The notes beneath the pieces are model-generated. The model saw nothing but the letters and a program-made list of their open reading frames with translations, was not told the origin of the DNA and searched no databases. Both the position numbers and the translations under genes were made by a program. Below, one piece after another: positions 32,400-36,524 of a stretch of DNA of 36,524 bases. The stretch comes from Pachysolen tannophilus NRRL Y-2460 (Eukaryota): contig KV454011.1 in assembly GCA_001661245.1 (NCBI GenBank), positions 248,001 to 284,524 on the forward strand, given 5' to 3'. Position 1 is the stretch's first letter, and the number at the start of each line of letters is the position of its first letter.

Positions 32400-33441
32400 A
32401 TGTTTTTCAAGTGCATTCTATTATTGGCCTTATTGTTTGGTCAAGTTTTATCAAAAGATTTATTAAGACCCGAGAATTTTTTGGGGTTTGGACCATTATG
32501 CGTATGAGATAAATTAAAATTAAATTAAAATAATTTTAATAAGAAGTTAAGTACCGTCGATTTATTTGGGCGGGTCATAATATATGAAAAAAAAAAAAAC
32601 TTTTTTTTTTAATTTTTCACCAATAATAATTGAATTATAAAACTAACTTAATACTTTTGATTTTTTTAAATTATAGGATGATGTTAAATATCTATCTTGT
32701 CATTCAAAAGTCAAGACAAATTATCAAGTTTGTACAAATTCAAATTCTAATTGTCAATGTTATTATATTGGAGTAGTATTATCGGAATGTATAAAATATT
32801 GTCCTGCATATAATCCAGAAACTTTTGGTTTATTAGAAAAACTATGCAAACAAAATCCATACGAATTAAGTATGACTGAATTTGTAAATAATAACTCTTC
32901 AACTACTATTAATACTTTATCAGAAGTTGATCATTTAGAAGATTTTCTTGATCCTAGTCGTGATATTTTCACTAGAGAAGATTTGGAATTAGAAAGAGAT
33001 GATTTAGATTCCATAAAACCGCCGCACCCTCACCCTTACGCAAACTCAAACTTGCATCAACTTCAAGGTCATCATTATTCCTACTACCGGGATGGTTCAG
33101 ATAAGGTTCCTGCACAAACAAATTTACATTCAAACGCAAAGACGGGAAATATTTATGATATCTTGGAAAATGTCTATAATAATAGTAATACTATAGGTAT
33201 CAATGATGTCGATTATGATTATGATTTTGATGATATTAATGAGGCAAACAATAGTAATTCCACTAGTAGAACTGCTTTCAACCGTATAAAAGTCATTGGA
33301 GAAACAGAAACCAAAACTGAAACAGAAACAAATAACAACAATAACAACAACACCAAAAATGATTCAAATAAATTATTAGTAATAAACAATTCGGTGGTGA
33401 TTACTTGTCTCTTTATCAGTTTAATTTTCCAAATTGTGTGA
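32400..33441 (+). CDS. Secreted/GPI-anchored protein with an 8-Cys CFEM-like domain; join(32400..32501,32677..33441), 288 aa
   Basis: Signal peptide MFFKCILLLALLFGQVLS. Intron 32502-32676 (GTATGA, AACTAAC, TAG) joins in frame. Hydrophobic C-terminus VVITCLFISLIFQIV. Confidence 0.75.
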
Positions 33442-33567
33442 ATAACTTTAAATTTTTTAAAATTTTTTTTTTTTTTGGCGCCCTTTCTTTTTGATTTTTT
33501 TTAGTAATAAAATAATTTAAATTAACTATAATTTTAATTTGATTCAAATTTTATATTCTATGAAGAT

Positions 33568-35319
33568 ATGTCGATATTTGCATATGATCAGGACTGTAAG
33601 CTTGGTACGACAAGTCAAATACGTAAGAAATTAAATTTCCATGATGAAGTAATATGGAAAAATTTTTCATCAAGAAGATTGAAATTAATTGATTCAATGG
33701 GATTAAGCGCCAAGAAAGCATGTGAACAAGAAAGAGAAATTCAAGAATGTGCTTTTACTTTATTAAAAGAATTCGAATACCCTAGTGAGTGCTTAAATGA
33801 TTTTATAAGATTAGTTAGAATCGCTATTCAATCCGTAAGAAGAAATCGTAAAAGGTGTTCGAAATCAAGGTTAAATAATAATGATAGATTTGTTATTATA
33901 AATGGTAGTAAGGATAATAAAGATAATAATAGTTCAAGTAGTGATCATGATCATGATAATGATAATGATAAGGACAATTCTTTAGATAAAGTGAAGTTGG
34001 GGTTCAACATTTCTGAGATTTTACATGATGATGCTAATGATGGTAATAATAATAATAATAAGAACAAAGATTTAAAAGATGAATTAAATTCAAAATTAGC
34101 TGTTAAAGCTTTGATTCAACCAATATTACCAAATACTGGAGCTTCTATAGGTGTGAAATTACCATCATTTGCTACATTGTTAAATACAAATGATTATCAG
34201 TATCAATCATCATCAGTACGAACTTTGTCAAATAAAGAATTAATTTCATTAAATAAATTACTTTCATTAATTAAAAAATCAAAAACTTGTAATCAAATAT
34301 CAAATGAAATTAATACTTCAATTTTTGAAAAATCGGAATCTTTAGGTTCTTTAGTTATAAATTCAACAATTTCATTAACATTATTGAAAAATTTTGGAAA
34401 TTTAAATCATTCATCACTGAAATATTTATTATTAAAATTATCAAGTGATTCTACAATGTCAAAAATTTTGAAAAATTTAGATTCTGAATCAACAGAAGTT
34501 ATAACATTGGATGTTTTCATGGCTTCTCAATCTTTTAAAAGATTAATTGGGTGTTGTATAATAGATTTTGGATTTGATTGTATAACAATTCCATTAGGAG
34601 ATATTTTTAATGAAATTATTTTAAAAGAGTATCCATTGATTTCGAAAAATCAATCGGCTAATAATAATGTCAATTCTTCATTACCAATTCAAATTTCAAA
34701 TGGAAATGATTTATATGATTCAATGAAAATTGATAATCTTATATCTACGTCTAATTATAATATTAGACAAGAAATTCAACAAAATGAAAAAAATTTTAAT
34801 GATTTACCTTCAGATAAAAAAGTTATTTTAAAATATCATAATCAATCATTATTTTTCAAATTTAATTCTAAAATTTCTTCATCTCCAACTCATTTAGAAT
34901 TATTAGAAAATTGCAAAGAAGCATTTCAAATTGTTGATAAAAATAAATTTTTAATTATAAAACTGAATAATTCTAAAAAAATTTTAAATAATGATGATGA
35001 ATTACAAAAAATTTTTAATGATGATAATAATAAACTCATAGAATTAGAAATCTCTACAGCATCAAATAATGGGAAAGATTTTTCCACTCAATCTCGAGGG
35101 CTCAATATTAATTCTAATGATTCTATTAAATCCAAAAATTATACTGCTACAAGCGGTGAAAGATCAACATTATCAAAATTTTCAAAATTTTCAAAATTTT
35201 CAACCTGTGTTAGTCCAGATGAACTGAAACAGAAAAAGAGAAAAACTGAAACTAATTCAGACAATGGAGAAAATGATAAAGAGCAAATCATAGGAATTCA
35301 ATTCCAGCCATTGTTATAA
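33568..35319 (+). CDS. Vhr1/Vhr2-family transcription factor
   Basis: GTTSQIRKKLNFHDEVIWKNFSSRRLKLID..L...KA.EQ and AIQSVRRNRKR (Vhr1 domain). Between ICL1 and THO1 like S. cerevisiae VHR2. Confidence 0.85.
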   Translation: MSIFAYDQDCKLGTTSQIRKKLNFHDEVIWKNFSSRRLKLIDSMGLSAKKACEQEREIQECAFTLLKEFEYPSECLNDFIRLVRIAIQSVRRNRKRCSKSRLNNNDRFVIINGSKDNKDNNSSSSDHDHDNDNDKDNSLDKVKLGFNISEILHDDANDGNNNNNKNKDLKDELNSKLAVKALIQPILPNTGASIGVKLPSFATLLNTNDYQYQSSSVRTLSNKELISLNKLLSLIKKSKTCNQISNEINTSIFEKSESLGSLVINSTISLTLLKNFGNLNHSSLKYLLLKLSSDSTMSKILKNLDSESTEVITLDVFMASQSFKRLIGCCIIDFGFDCITIPLGDIFNEIILKEYPLISKNQSANNNVNSSLPIQISNGNDLYDSMKIDNLISTSNYNIRQEIQQNEKNFNDLPSDKKVILKYHNQSLFFKFNSKISSSPTHLELLENCKEAFQIVDKNKFLIIKLNNSKKILNNDDELQKIFNDDNNKLIELEISTASNNGKDFSTQSRGLNINSNDSIKSKNYTATSGERSTLSKFSKFSKFSTCVSPDELKQKKRKTETNSDNGENDKEQIIGIQFQPLL

Positions 35320-35765
35320 TTCAAAGGAAAAAAACAGGAAAGAAATGGTTTATTTCATATATATATAGAGAGAGAGTGTGTGTGTGTGCTTTGGTGTGGG
35401 TGAGTCTGGTTTGGAAGCCCCAATTTTTAATTTTCAATTTTTTTTAATTTTTTTTTTAATTTTTTAAATTTTTCTTCGTGGGTGAACGATTAAATTATAA
35501 TTTCGTACGGTAAATAAAACGTTCAAACAGCAAACTTTATTGCTAATTTTTATTAAAAAGAATTTAGATAATCAGATTTTAAATTGGATTCTCAAAGTAT
35601 TGATAATTTTATTTTTTATTTAATTGTTTGTTGTGGGTGGGTTTTTTTTTGTTTTTAATCCATTTTGTATAATTTTATTTTGTTTATAAACGGTTCTGTT
35701 TGAGATAATTTTTTAAATTTTCTCTTATTTTATATATACTATATTAGTTTTGTGAAATTAAAGAA

Positions 35766-36401
35766 ATGGTGTCGTATTCTTCACAAACTGTTGCTCAATT
35801 GAAAGAGTTATTGAAGCAAAAAGGTTTATCTGCTGCGGGTGTTAAATCGGATCTTATTGCGCGTCTTGAAGAGTCTGATCAACAGGAGCAATCTAAACTG
35901 GATTCTTTAGTACCTGAAGCAACAGAGGAAAAAATAGTAGACAAAGAAGAAGAACAACAAGAACAACAAGAAGACAAAGACAATGAAAAAGAATTGAAAC
36001 CAGTTTATAATGAAACTTTACAAGATTCATCAAAAGAAGGAAAGATTGATTCCAGTAATGTTTCCAATGATAAGAAAGATGAAACTAAAAACGGTGGTGA
36101 TGAACTGGATGGTGTTTCAAAAGAAGAACTTCAAAATTTGACTCCAGAAGAGAAAAAACAAAAAGCCATTGAATTATTGATTAAAAAAATTGAAAGAGCT
36201 AAAAAATTTGGTGAAGAAAGATTAGCTGAAACACATGAGAAAGAATTAAAAAGAGTTGAAAAATTTGGTTTGGAATTAAGTTCAGATTTAGCAAGAGAAT
36301 TAGGATTTGGTAAACCATTACCGAGTGCAGGCAAGAATTTTAAAAGAAAATTTAATAATGGATTTAAAAAACATAGAAGAGGTGATTTCAGAAGACGTTA
36401 A
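35766..36401 (+). CDS. THO1: SAP-domain RNA-binding protein Tho1
   Basis: SAP domain YSSQTVAQLKELLKQKGLSAAGVKSDLIARL; C-terminal RAKKFG...RVEKFG. Confidence 0.9.
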   Translation: MVSYSSQTVAQLKELLKQKGLSAAGVKSDLIARLEESDQQEQSKLDSLVPEATEEKIVDKEEEQQEQQEDKDNEKELKPVYNETLQDSSKEGKIDSSNVSNDKKDETKNGGDELDGVSKEELQNLTPEEKKQKAIELLIKKIERAKKFGEERLAETHEKELKRVEKFGLELSSDLARELGFGKPLPSAGKNFKRKFNNGFKKHRRGDFRRR

Positions 36402-36524
36402 TTTGGAAAGAAAGAAAAACAAAAAAACAAACAAACTCATAATTGAAAATCACAATTGGAATTCTATGTATATTAGAACTTGTTTTAACAAAAAATATAA
36501 AAAAAATAAAAAAAAAAAAAANAA

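Noticed and set aside
2069..36334. Many 60-140 aa antisense or alternate-frame ORFs (e.g. 16956-17321, 21450-21872, 22225-23666, 27080-27689)
   Set aside because: Shadows of real genes or translations of low-complexity and homopolymer tracts.
1..36524. Transposon, LTR, recombinase or CRISPR array
   Set aside because: No such ORF, terminal repeat or repeat-spacer structure is visible.

Overview
This is a very AT-rich, gene-dense budding-yeast (Saccharomycotina) contig with spliceosomal introns. It starts in a poly-T run, ends in a poly-A run and contains two N bases, so it looks like a draft, homopolymer-error-prone assembly. CTG codons fall at positions where homologs have Ala (HIS6, FAF1), pointing to the CUG-Ala code (Pachysolen/Nakazawaea-like; inference). 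Genes in order: UMP1, SMY2/SYH1-type GYF protein, SEC66, an orphan, MRPL10, JAC1, TOM5, SPN1, RPS23, a YGR117C-like LisH/WD protein, ANT1, NAT3, SCD6, RPB3, a DUF1770 protein, HIS6, FAF1, CTF4, COG2, URH1, GCN4 (3 uORFs), tRNA-Gly(TCC), ICL1, a CFEM-like GPI protein, a VHR1/2-like factor and THO1. The most striking feature is two clean micro-inversions that scramble conserved genes. A 155-bp inversion (9295-9449) puts the middle of TOM5, with its intron, on the opposite strand. A 369-bp inversion (19604-19972) swaps the C-termini of the convergent HIS6 and DUF1770 genes in frame. Flipping each segment restores full-length genes. No recombinase or clear inverted repeats are present, so biology versus assembly or editing artefact cannot be decided from this sequence. 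Homolog sequences are quoted from memory, not from a search.
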